DNA of 47,850 bases from Candidatus Micrarchaeota archaeon. Its GTDB lineage: Archaea; Micrarchaeota; Micrarchaeia; CAILAH01. Within the stretch, counting starts at the first letter, position 1; each line of letters starts with the position of its first letter. Positions 1 through 8,761 of the stretch are shown in pieces. The position numbers and the translations under genes are program-made. Under the pieces are notes generated by a model. It did not search any database and was not told the DNA's origin. It saw only the letters and a list, made by a program, of their open reading frames with translations. Location of the stretch: NCBI GenBank assembly GCA_026413685.1, contig JAOAKK010000001.1, positions 1 through 47,850 on the forward strand, in the 5' to 3' direction.

Positions 1-2
1 AT

Positions 3-1166
3 TATAACCAGCCAAATTCAGGGAGGGCAGCAAGCTGGGACGACGTGCCACGTGACATAAGGAAGGTGTATGAGAAGATGGGGCTCCCGGAGGCAGAAAA
101 GAGGGCACTTTTGGGTGGCACAGTTGCCCAATACCAATCTGAGAGTGTTTATGAAAAGGTAAGGGAAGAGTGGGAAAGAAAGGGGGTAATATTCTCGAGC
201 CTTGATGAGGCAGTTAAAAAACACCCACACATCGTAAAGAAGTATTTTGCAAAGGCCGTCCCCGTAACAGACAACAAGTTTAGCATGCTTCATTACGCAG
301 TTTGGAGTGGCGGCTCGTTCCTCTACGTGCCGCGCGGTGTCACAGTCAGCGTTCCCATGCAGGCATATTTCTTTATGCGTGAGAAGCGCGAAGGGCAGTT
401 TGAGCACACAATTATTATAGCAGAGGAAGGGGCAAGCATACATTACATTGAGGGATGCTCTGCACCGATATATGACAAGAACTCTCTTCATTCAGCTGTG
501 GTTGAGGTGTATGCAAAGGATAGGAGCCATGTCAGGTACTCAACAGTGCAAAACTGGAGCAAGAACGTATACAACCTGAACACCAAGCGTGCGATTGTTG
601 GCAGGGAAGCGCTTATGGAATGGGTTAGTGGCTCGCTTGGCGCAAAGATATCAATGATATACCCATCCAGCATTCTTGCTGGTGAGGGCGGGCGCGCCAC
701 CCATCTTGCGATAACAGTTGCCGGCAATGGCACAATAAAAGAAGGAGGTGCTAAGGTTATACACGCCGCCCCAAACACACATTCAACAATACTCTCGAAG
801 GGCATCTGTATTGGGAACGGCCACGGTGTCTATCGTGGCCTTGTAAGGATTGAGAAAGGTGCGGTGCGCTCAACCTCATCCGCAAAGTGCGATTCACTTT
901 TGATTGGCAGGAGTGCAAGGTCAGACACATTCCCTTACTCAGACATAAAAGAGGCGGAGAAGACCTCTTACGTGCACGAGGCGAGTGCTGGCCGCATTTC
1001 AGAGGAGCAGCTGAGCTATCTTGAAAGCAGGGGAATTAAAAGGCAGGATGGGATGATGCTTTACGTTAGCGGCTTTATATCCCCTGTGATAGCCGAGATA
1101 CCTCTTGAATATGCGATTGAGCTGAATAGGTTCATACAGGTTGAGATGGAGGATAGCGTTTGCTGA
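3..1166 (+). CDS. sufB: Fe-S cluster assembly protein SufB (5' end cut by window edge)
   Basis: The frame is open from nt 3 (YNQPNSGRAASWDDVPRDIRKVYEKMGLPEAEK), so the listed GTG at 45 is internal. SufB-type core (FEHTIIIAEEGASIHYIEGCSAP; HEASAGRISEEQLSYLESRGI). Followed directly by sufC. Confidence 0.9.
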   Translation, partial: YNQPNSGRAASWDDVPRDIRKVYEKMGLPEAEKRALLGGTVAQYQSESVYEKVREEWERKGVIFSSLDEAVKKHPHIVKKYFAKAVPVTDNKFSMLHYAVWSGGSFLYVPRGVTVSVPMQAYFFMREKREGQFEHTIIIAEEGASIHYIEGCSAPIYDKNSLHSAVVEVYAKDRSHVRYSTVQNWSKNVYNLNTKRAIVGREALMEWVSGSLGAKISMIYPSSILAGEGGRATHLAITVAGNGTIKEGGAKVIHAAPNTHSTILSKGICIGNGHGVYRGLVRIEKGAVRSTSSAKCDSLLIGRSARSDTFPYSDIKEAEKTSYVHEASAGRISEEQLSYLESRGIKRQDGMMLYVSGFISPVIAEIPLEYAIELNRFIQVEMEDSVC

Positions 1167-1185
1167 ATGATAGTATGGTGGGAGT

Positions 1186-1965
1186 ATGGCCAGGAAGAAT
1201 ACGCGTGCTGGGCATTCAAGCGCCCTTGAGATAAGCAGCTTGAGAGCCTCTGTTGAGGGGAAGGAAATCATAAGAGGCATCTCAATGCGTGTGTGCCCAG
1301 GGGAGATACACATAGTCATGGGACCGAATGGCTCTGGCAAGAGTACGCTGGCGTGCTCATTGATAGGAATGCCAAATTACAAAACATCAGGCAAAATATT
1401 GCTATGTGGTGAGGAGATATCAGGAAAGGCAATGCACGAGCGCTCGCGTGCTGGCCTTTTTATTGCGTTCCAAAACCCTCCTGAGATTGAGAGCATCAGG
1501 AACTCCAATTTAATAAGGCAGGCAGTTCTTGCACATGGGAGCAAGGAGAGTGCATCGGAGTTCAAGGAAAAGCTGGAGGGCACACTCGGGAAGGTAGGGC
1601 TTGGCAGCAGCTTTTACGGCCGCCCAGTGAATTATGGGTTTTCTGGTGGTGAGAAGAAGAAAAATGAGCTTGCACAGCTTCTTATGCTTAAGCCAAAGTT
1701 TGCTGTGCTGGACGAGGTTGATTCCGGCCTTGACATAGATTCCGTGAAAAAGGCAGCACACATCATACGCGAATGTGCAGGGTCGGGCATGGGCATAATA
1801 CTGATAACGCACAGCCCGCAAATCCTGAAGTTTATCACACCCACACGTGTTTACCTGCTTCTTGACGGGAAGATAGCAAAAGAGGGGGGCAAGGAGCTTA
1901 TAGTGCAGCTTGAGAGAAGCGGGTTTGCAGAGCTGGGTGAGCAGCCAATACGCAAAAGGACATAG
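1186..1965 (+). CDS. sufC: Fe-S cluster assembly ATPase SufC
   Basis: Walker A GPNGSGKST, ABC signature FSGGEKKK, Walker B FAVLDEVDSGLD, H-loop ITH. 259 aa, typical SufC size and context. Confidence 0.9.
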   Translation: MARKNTRAGHSSALEISSLRASVEGKEIIRGISMRVCPGEIHIVMGPNGSGKSTLACSLIGMPNYKTSGKILLCGEEISGKAMHERSRAGLFIAFQNPPEIESIRNSNLIRQAVLAHGSKESASEFKEKLEGTLGKVGLGSSFYGRPVNYGFSGGEKKKNELAQLLMLKPKFAVLDEVDSGLDIDSVKKAAHIIRECAGSGMGIILITHSPQILKFITPTRVYLLLDGKIAKEGGKELIVQLERSGFAELGEQPIRKRT

Positions 1966-2007
1966 GCAGTTCTGGAAGATGCAGCCATTCTTTAATAAGG
2001 TGATGTA

Positions 2008-2838
2008 GTGAGGATGGGATATTTTGTTGGTGATGCCCCATACACATCGTTCAAAGGAAACAATGCAATGATAAGCATACCTAATAATAGGCAGGCTTTT
2101 ATTACGATGAGAGTGCTCTACCCCGGCTCTGTAAATATAAAGGTAGGGAAGGGCGCAAGGCTTGCATTTTCGATAATCAGCGAGCCAGTTGTGAATGAGC
2201 ATAACATTCGCATCTGTGCTGATGTTGGGAAGGAAGGGATGTGTGCAACAACCCTCAATCTTAAAGGCAGCCCGCAGCACACCAAACTTAAGGTAAGAGG
2301 AGCTGCGGGAGATAGCTCCACACTTGCGTTAAATTACATATTACAGCATAAGGGCATGCTTATAGGGAATACTTCCACGAAGGCTGGAGGGCGGGCAAAG
2401 ATTAGTGTTAATGCACTTATCATGCCATCCGGTTGTGGAGTGGCCGACACCTCAGTTTCAGTGGCTCACGCAGGCTCAAGCTCACGAACCGAGATTAATG
2501 TTGCAGGTGTCTTGCATTGTGATATGCACAGCAGTTTTAAAGGTGAGATATACATTCCTCAAAAGGCAAGAAACGCTTTGGCAAGCATGCGCGGGAAATT
2601 CATGGCAGCCCCTGGTGCGAGCGTTAGTGCAGTCCCTGTGCTTAAGGTACACAGCAAGGATGCACGGGCATCACATAGCATGGCAGTAACAAGCCTAAGC
2701 GAGCAGGAGCTAAATTATATGTGCAGCAGGGGGATAAGCAAGGAGGATGCAATCGCACTTGCCGAGGACGGGCTTGTCACAGCGATGGTTAACAGGATTG
2801 CGGATACAATAAGCAGTATAATAGAGAGTGCAAAATGA
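2008..2838 (+). CDS. sufD: SufD-like (short SufB/SufD-family) Fe-S assembly protein
   Basis: C-terminal SufB/D signature (ASHSMAVTSLSEQELNYMCSRGISKEDAIALAEDGLV) and position after sufBC. Only 276 aa. An ATG at 2014 is an alternative start. Confidence 0.65.
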   Translation: MRMGYFVGDAPYTSFKGNNAMISIPNNRQAFITMRVLYPGSVNIKVGKGARLAFSIISEPVVNEHNIRICADVGKEGMCATTLNLKGSPQHTKLKVRGAAGDSSTLALNYILQHKGMLIGNTSTKAGGRAKISVNALIMPSGCGVADTSVSVAHAGSSSRTEINVAGVLHCDMHSSFKGEIYIPQKARNALASMRGKFMAAPGASVSAVPVLKVHSKDARASHSMAVTSLSEQELNYMCSRGISKEDAIALAEDGLVTAMVNRIADTISSIIESAK

Positions 2839-2911
2839 TGTTATTATGTATTAAAGTTTAATGCAAATGTATGCTATGCAGGCGTTTGTTATAAAGGGAT
2901 GATATACTGAA

Positions 2912-4138
2912 ATGAAGGTGCTGGCGAGCAGAGGTGTTATGATGGTTGATTACAAGAAAGATTTTCCCATACTTGAGAGGTTTCACTACCTTGATAGTGC
3001 GGCAACATCACTCAAGCCAATACAGGTTATTGAGGCTGAGATGGAATATTACAAAGAGTACCCTGCAAATGTCCACAGGGGCGTTTACAAGCTGAGCGAG
3101 CGTGCAACTGAGATGTTTGAGCGCACGCGTGATAGTACCGCCAGGATGTTTGGTGCAAAGTCGCGTGAGGTAATATTTACGAGAAACACTACAGAATCGC
3201 TTAACCTGCTTGCAGCCACTTTGGGCAATTCTGTATTAAGGAAGGGGGATACAGTGCTTTTGACAGCGATGGAGCACCACAGCAATATTGTGCCGTGGCT
3301 TATGCTGAAGGAGCGGGTTGGTATTCGTGTTGAGTTTGTTGAGCTTGAAGGCCAATCGCTTGATTATGAGGATTTCAAGGCAAAAGTTGGCAAGTATAAC
3401 CCAAAAGTCGTTTCGTTCATGCACGCATCAAACGTGCTTGGCACAATAAACGATGCTGCAAAGATAATAAAGCTTGCAAAACGCAGCGGTGCAATAACAA
3501 TTATGGACTGTGCACAAAGCGCCCCTCACATTAAGGTTGATTTTTCAAGGCTTGGTGTTGATTACATTGCTTTTTCTGCGCATAAGCTGCTCGGGCCGAC
3601 AGGTGTTGGCGTCCTTATCGGAAAAGAAAGCCAGCTTGAAGAGCTCCCACCGTTTATGGGCGGAGGCAGCATGATACGAGAGGTTAGCAGGCAAGGGTTT
3701 AAGCCGGCAGAGCTGCCGCAGAAGTTTGAGGCCGGCACGCCAAACATTGCTGGTGTGATAGGGTTTGGTGCAGCTTTGGATTACATCAAGAAGGTTGGCT
3801 TTGGCAAGATAGAGAGTGTTGAGAAAGGCCTGCTTGCCTACATCCTCAAGCGGGCGCGCGAGCTCGGCTACATAAAAGTTTATTCAAGCCAGGATGTTGG
3901 CAATGCGGTTGGGATATTCGCGTTCAATGTAGATGGTGTCCACCCGCACGATGTGTCAGCGCTTCTTGACGAGGCAAACGTTTGCATACGTGCAGGGCAC
4001 CACTGTGCACAGCCATTGCATAGCCAGCTTGGGATAAATTACACCGCACGTGCAAGCTTGTATTTCTACAATACAAAAGAGGATGTTGATGCATTGTTTT
4101 GCGGCCTTGAGAATGTGAAAAAGGTATTCAATGCATAG
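2912..4138 (+). CDS. sufS: Cysteine desulfurase SufS (class V aminotransferase)
   Basis: PLP-lysine motif FSAHKLLGPTGVGVL and active-site Cys loop IRAGHHCAQPL. About 400 aa. Alternative start at ATG 2939. Confidence 0.88.
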   Translation: MKVLASRGVMMVDYKKDFPILERFHYLDSAATSLKPIQVIEAEMEYYKEYPANVHRGVYKLSERATEMFERTRDSTARMFGAKSREVIFTRNTTESLNLLAATLGNSVLRKGDTVLLTAMEHHSNIVPWLMLKERVGIRVEFVELEGQSLDYEDFKAKVGKYNPKVVSFMHASNVLGTINDAAKIIKLAKRSGAITIMDCAQSAPHIKVDFSRLGVDYIAFSAHKLLGPTGVGVLIGKESQLEELPPFMGGGSMIREVSRQGFKPAELPQKFEAGTPNIAGVIGFGAALDYIKKVGFGKIESVEKGLLAYILKRARELGYIKVYSSQDVGNAVGIFAFNVDGVHPHDVSALLDEANVCIRAGHHCAQPLHSQLGINYTARASLYFYNTKEDVDALFCGLENVKKVFNA

Positions 4139-4540
4139 GTGCTTATGATGGATGTTGATTACGAGCTCCTTGCTGAAAGGTATAAGAGGCCGAAGCATAA
4201 GAAGAAGCTGAAAGGCGCATTTACAGGGGAGGCGTCAAACTCGCCTTGTGGTGATAACATAAAGATATATATCTCTGTTGGTGCCGAAGGCAAGATAAGG
4301 GATGCTGCGCATGATGGGCACAGTTGTGCGCTTGCAACAGTTAGTGCCGATATGCTGTGTGATTACGCTATTGGGAAAAGGCTTGGCGATGTATGCAATG
4401 TAGACTTTGAAAAGATGGTGCGTATGCTTGGGTTTACACCATCCATTGGCAGGGCAGGCTGTGTGCGTGTATCGCTGGATGCGTTCCATGACGCGTGCAG
4501 GACGGCAATGCGCACAGGAAAGCGCAGGAAGACAAAATGA
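4139..4540 (+). CDS. IscU/SufU-type Fe-S scaffold or sulfur-acceptor protein
   Basis: Three conserved Cys contexts (NSPCGD, GHSCALATVSA, RAGCVRVSL) directly downstream of sufS. The likely start is ATG 4145. Confidence 0.65.
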   Translation: MLMMDVDYELLAERYKRPKHKKKLKGAFTGEASNSPCGDNIKIYISVGAEGKIRDAAHDGHSCALATVSADMLCDYAIGKRLGDVCNVDFEKMVRMLGFTPSIGRAGCVRVSLDAFHDACRTAMRTGKRRKTK

Positions 4541-4553
4541 CGGGTGGTGAGGT

Positions 4554-4862
4554 ATGGTTCTTGTTGAGCGTAAGGTTAAAGGCGGCAAGCTTGTGCGGGT
4601 AGATGTGCGCTTTGAGGATGAAAGGATTGCAGGCATACGCATAACCGGTGATTTTTTTGTGCATCCAGAGGATGCACTTTTGTGTATTGAGCAGAAGATA
4701 ATAGGGTTGCACATAAATAGTATTGAAGATGGTGTTAAAGAGGCATTCTCCTCTGCCAATGCTGAGATTGTCGGCTTCTCAGCTTTGGACATATCTGAGA
4801 TGATAGCTGAAGCATACATGCAGCAAAGTGCTGGCAATGGCAGCAGCCGCCCAAGCACATGA
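4554..4862 (+). CDS. lplB: Lipoate-protein ligase C-terminal-domain protein (LplB-like)
   Basis: 102 aa. GGKLVRVDVRFEDERIAGIRITGDFFVHPEDAL resembles the accessory C-terminal domain of LplA. Its stop overlaps the next ORF (ATGA). Gene order is the same as in the bipartite LplB/LplA of Thermoplasma. Confidence 0.65.
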   Translation: MVLVERKVKGGKLVRVDVRFEDERIAGIRITGDFFVHPEDALLCIEQKIIGLHINSIEDGVKEAFSSANAEIVGFSALDISEMIAEAYMQQSAGNGSSRPST

Positions 4863-5668
4863 AAATGACAAGGTGGTGCGGGGCACATGATGTAGATGGT
4901 GTTTTTATGCAGGAAGATAATTGGCGTGTTATAAAGGTTTCAGCACAGGATGCGGCGCTTAACATGGCCCTTGACGAGGCAGTATGCCGTGCAATATCAA
5001 AAGGGGTATCCGGCCCAACAGTGCGCTTTTATACATGGTCACCCTCGGCAGTGTCGATTGGATATTTTCAGGAGATTTGGCGCGAGGTTGATATTGATTA
5101 TTGCAGGAAGATGGGGATAAGCTTTGTTAGGAGGCGTACGGGCGGAGGCGCAGTTTATCACGACTCACAAGGTGAGATTACATACAGCGTGCTTGCACCG
5201 GAGTGCATGTTCCCAAAAGGCATAATCGAATCCTATAAGGTTATTTGTGGCTGGATTATTGATGGCCTTGCCGGAGTGGGAATAAGTGCCGAGTTTAGGC
5301 CGATAAATGACATTGTTGCTGGAGGGAAGAAAATATCCGGGAACGCCCAAACGCGAAGGGATGGCGTGCTGCAACAGCACGGCACAATTTTGTACCGCCT
5401 TGATGTAGATACAATGTTCAAGTGCCTGAAAGTTCCAGATGCCAAGATTCGTGATAAAATGATCCAATCCGCCAAGGAGAGGGTAACAAGTGCCAGTGAC
5501 CTTACACAGGGCAATGTCTCTTTTGATGGGCTTTATAAATCGCTTCTTAATGCATTTTGTGCAGGCAAGAAATTCAGTTTTGGCAGTTTCACACAGGAAG
5601 AGCTGGCGGATGCTTATTGGCTTGCACGCACAAAATACTCGTCAGATGAGTGGAATTTTTGGAGGTAA
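4859..5668 (+). CDS. lplA: Lipoate-protein ligase A catalytic subunit
   Basis: BPL/LPL catalytic motifs RRRTGGGAVYHD and GKKISGNAQTRR. The true start may be ATG 4907 (MQEDNWRVIK). Confidence 0.85.
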   Translation: MKMTRWCGAHDVDGVFMQEDNWRVIKVSAQDAALNMALDEAVCRAISKGVSGPTVRFYTWSPSAVSIGYFQEIWREVDIDYCRKMGISFVRRRTGGGAVYHDSQGEITYSVLAPECMFPKGIIESYKVICGWIIDGLAGVGISAEFRPINDIVAGGKKISGNAQTRRDGVLQQHGTILYRLDVDTMFKCLKVPDAKIRDKMIQSAKERVTSASDLTQGNVSFDGLYKSLLNAFCAGKKFSFGSFTQEELADAYWLARTKYSSDEWNFWR

Positions 5669-5690
5669 TTTCCAGTCGCATGCCGCAATC

Positions 5691-7118
5691 CTATTTTTTC
5701 TTCAGCAGGTAATGCATGGGCTTGCCGAGCGCAATCTCCATAGCCTCATGTATTGACTCATAAAACGTCGGGTGTGCGTGCACGGTTGCTGCAATATCTT
5801 CCACATAAGCGTTCATCTCAAGCGCAACCCCAGCTTCACCAGCAAGCTCTGATGCATGTTTTCCTACCATCCCGAAGCCCAGTATCCTGTTATTACTGTC
5901 ACAGATTATTTTGACAAGCCCATCTTCACGTGATTCTGCCACAGCCCTTCCAAGTGCAGAGAACGGGAATTTTATGGCCTTTACATCATAACCTCTTTTT
6001 CGTGCTTCATCCTCGCTCATGCCCACAACGGCAATTTCAGGGTTTGTGAATACAATCTCAGGGATGCTGCGCGGCTCAAACACACTCCCTTTGATGCCCG
6101 CGGCAGCCTCAGCTGCAACAAGCCCTTGCATGAATGCCTTATGTGCAAGCAATTGCCCACCAACACAATCCCCAGCAGCGTAAACATTTGGCTCGCCGGT
6201 TTGCATCCTCTCATTCACACAGATAAACCCATCCTTATCCAGTTTTATTTTTGTGTTCTCAAGCCCCAGCCCAGCGGTATTTGGAACTCTTCCGATAGCC
6301 ACCACTGCCTTGTTTGCGCGCAGCTTTTGCAGCTTCCCATTTTCACCTGCTGTAAATTCGATTACGACACCTTTTTTATCCTGCCTTAAGGATACGATTG
6401 TGCATTTTTCATATATGCTCATCCTGCTGTTTTTTGACCTGGCCACTTCTGCAACGAGCTCTTGGTCAAATCTGGAGAGGAGGCGTGAGCGCGCCAGCAG
6501 GTATACTTCAGCACCCATCTCCGCAAAAAATGTCCCAAGCTCAGCAGCAACATACCCTGCACCGATAATGGCAATCCTTTTTGGAATTTTTTCAAGGAAT
6601 AGCGCTTCGCGTGAGGTTATAACATTCCCTCTTATCTTGATTTCTTTCGGAATGTAAGGGATAGACCCTGTGGCAATTATAGCGTTCCTGAACCTTATGC
6701 TTTCCAGCCCACCACCATCTTTTTCCTTTTTTATGAGGATGTGGCCTGATGACTCAAACCGCGCCTCGCCCCTTATAATTTTGACACCGTAAGAATCCAG
6801 CAAAAACTCAACACCTTTCCTTAGTTTCTGGATTACCCGCCTGTTTTCTGCCTGTACTTTTTTCATATCGATTTTTCCAATGCTTGCGCTAATCCCTATT
6901 TTCCTTAAATATTCAGTATCACGCACAAGCCCCGCAACGTTGAGCAGCATCTTTGAAGGGATACACCCACGGTTAAGGCACTCACCTCCAATATCTTCTT
7001 TTTCAATAAGCACAGTGTCAAGGCCTAGCTGCCCTGCCCGTATTGCGGCCATATATCCTGCAGGGCCACCGCCTATTATTGCCAATGAGTATTCCCTTCC
7101 GATTTCACCCATCACCAT
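5691..7118 (-). CDS. lpd: Dihydrolipoamide dehydrogenase (E3)
   Basis: FAD motif GGGPAGY, redox-active disulfide CLNRGCIPSK, NAD motif GAGYVAAE, C-terminal HAHPT..E. Start trimmed to ATG 7118 because the 39-codon upstream extension in the ORF track is hydrophobic nonsense that runs into the divergent promoter. Confidence 0.9.
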   Translation of the reverse strand: MVMGEIGREYSLAIIGGGPAGYMAAIRAGQLGLDTVLIEKEDIGGECLNRGCIPSKMLLNVAGLVRDTEYLRKIGISASIGKIDMKKVQAENRRVIQKLRKGVEFLLDSYGVKIIRGEARFESSGHILIKKEKDGGGLESIRFRNAIIATGSIPYIPKEIKIRGNVITSREALFLEKIPKRIAIIGAGYVAAELGTFFAEMGAEVYLLARSRLLSRFDQELVAEVARSKNSRMSIYEKCTIVSLRQDKKGVVIEFTAGENGKLQKLRANKAVVAIGRVPNTAGLGLENTKIKLDKDGFICVNERMQTGEPNVYAAGDCVGGQLLAHKAFMQGLVAAEAAAGIKGSVFEPRSIPEIVFTNPEIAVVGMSEDEARKRGYDVKAIKFPFSALGRAVAESREDGLVKIICDSNNRILGFGMVGKHASELAGEAGVALEMNAYVEDIAATVHAHPTFYESIHEAMEIALGKPMHYLLKKK

Positions 7119-7169
7119 AAATCCCACTCTCATTATAAATATATAAATGATAAAGGGCATTATTGTAGC

Positions 7170-7988
7170 ATGGCTGTACGAAAGAAGGCAGGCACTATTC
7201 CAAATGGCACACAGACAGCCAATGAGGCAACACAAGCAGCAGAAAAGCAGGAGGCAAGCCAGCTAAGCAGCACGCTAGGCGAAGCAATCAATAAATACAA
7301 GCAGCTCGCCTTTAATGTGGCGTCTGCAATGCCTTACAGTTCCATGAAGCCCTGGGTTGCGTGTGCCGATGACAAGATAGAAGAAGTACTCAATGAAAAT
7401 CGCACGCTCCTCCTTAATTTAAAAGACATATACGTGCTTGCAATCATCCGCGTGATTATGGCCATAATTGCATTTTGGCCAATAAGTTTCCTTCTTTTTT
7501 CATCAATGGCAATACTCGTAGCATCTTTAGGCATGCTGGCTGCAGGAATTGGGGGCAACACACCGATGGCCTTTGCTGGTGTGATCCTGGCTGCAGCGGT
7601 TATACTTGTGCTATTGCCTTCCCTCAAGTTTCTGGCTAGCTCTGCAATCATGCACATAATTGCAAAGCTGGCAGGGGGCAAGGCAACATTTACTGGGACA
7701 TCATCGATAATCCTCTTGTCAGAAGCAGCGTTTACAGTTCTTATGGTACCAATGTGCCTTGCATATGCACTGCTGTTTGGATACCTGATTGGTTTTCTCA
7801 GCTATGCAGTATTTGCATATATGGTTTATCTGCAGTATAGGGGTGTAAAGCATATGCATGCCCTTTCACCGAAACGCGCAGCAATCGTTGTGCTTGCCTC
7901 TCTTGCAGTTGAAGCATTCTTAATACTTGCGGTTTTGGGCGTGCTGGTATTTATGCCCTATGGCTATATCATATTATCTAAGGTGTAA
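7170..7988 (+). CDS. Multi-pass membrane protein, Yip1-like (paralog 1)
   Basis: Polar N-terminus followed by about 5 TM helices. Shares AKLAGGKATFTG / AKLVGGSADFS and overall layout with the next ORF. The Yip1 assignment is from memory of the family pattern only. Confidence 0.45.
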   Translation: MAVRKKAGTIPNGTQTANEATQAAEKQEASQLSSTLGEAINKYKQLAFNVASAMPYSSMKPWVACADDKIEEVLNENRTLLLNLKDIYVLAIIRVIMAIIAFWPISFLLFSSMAILVASLGMLAAGIGGNTPMAFAGVILAAAVILVLLPSLKFLASSAIMHIIAKLAGGKATFTGTSSIILLSEAAFTVLMVPMCLAYALLFGYLIGFLSYAVFAYMVYLQYRGVKHMHALSPKRAAIVVLASLAVEAFLILAVLGVLVFMPYGYIILSKV

Positions 7989-7990
7989 TC

Positions 7991-8740
7991 ATGGGAGACT
8001 TTGATAAGGTTATGAGCGCCTATCTGGGCTATGTTGACCGTGTAAGATCCTTTATACCTTACAAGAGGGTTGCTTTGTGGAAGGATTTTTTCCTAAACCC
8101 CCTGAAGGTGATCGGTGCATCAAAGGATAGCATAATGACTATCTTGAAAGACCTTTACATGATGGGAATACTTTCGTTCATTATATGGCTAGCAAGCGCA
8201 TTCATACCCCAGGCAATAGTGCAGCTTGTGCTTAACCCAGGCATGTCCGCAATATCAATTCCATTACTGGCTTTTATGCTTATCGCCTCAATAGTGTTTC
8301 TTGCTGTTCTGCCATTGATGTCTGCAGCATACGCTTTTCTTGAGTTTATAGTTGCAAAATTGGTTGGCGGGAGTGCGGATTTCAGCAGGCACCTGTTTGC
8401 ATCTGCAATGCCACAGCTTGGAATGTTTGCATTTTTGCTGCCAATAACAATTTTGCAGGCCGTGCTGGGAATATTCTCAATAATCCCATTTTTAGGGCTT
8501 GCTTTAACGTGCCTTTTACTTCCACTGCAGATTGTCGTCCTGTGTGCATGGCTTTACACAATTTACCTTAAGTTTTTGTCATTCAAGGAAGTGCACAAAG
8601 TAAGCGGCATAAGAGCAGCAGCAATAATCATAATTCCATTGATAGTTATAGCTGTGCTGGTGGTAGCACTCGCAATGTTGTTCTACACTTCTATAATGGG
8701 TTTTCTTATAGGCACTTCACTGCCACCAAGAGTTTCTTAA
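7991..8740 (+). CDS. Multi-pass membrane protein, Yip1-like (paralog 2)
   Basis: Tandem paralog of 7170..7988, separated by a 2-nt gap, with the same topology and motif. Confidence 0.45.
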   Translation: MGDFDKVMSAYLGYVDRVRSFIPYKRVALWKDFFLNPLKVIGASKDSIMTILKDLYMMGILSFIIWLASAFIPQAIVQLVLNPGMSAISIPLLAFMLIASIVFLAVLPLMSAAYAFLEFIVAKLVGGSADFSRHLFASAMPQLGMFAFLLPITILQAVLGIFSIIPFLGLALTCLLLPLQIVVLCAWLYTIYLKFLSFKEVHKVSGIRAAAIIIIPLIVIAVLVVALAMLFYTSIMGFLIGTSLPPRVS

Positions 8741-8761
8741 TTTTTTAACTCTATCAATTTT

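Noticed and set aside
4235-4888. 217-aa minus-strand ORF overlapping sufU and lplB, and similar long antisense or alternative-frame ORFs (1510..2280, 9683..10274, 12443..13090, 23363..23980, 24957..25613, 26084..26593, 35768..36250, 42779..43306, 44834..45481, 45506..46003)
   Set aside because: Each lies opposite or out of frame to a gene with clear family motifs. The translations are Cys/His/Pro/Arg-rich nonsense without recognisable domains.
7119-7235. N-terminal extensions listed for E3 (and similarly for E2, E1beta, TFB, aIF5A, ACT protein, CPBP, TPR, wHTH and the Cys-rich protein)
   Set aside because: The extensions are hydrophobic or low-complexity, overlap promoter TATA elements or neighbouring genes, and precede internal ATGs that align with the conserved family N-termini. 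Shorter starts were adopted.
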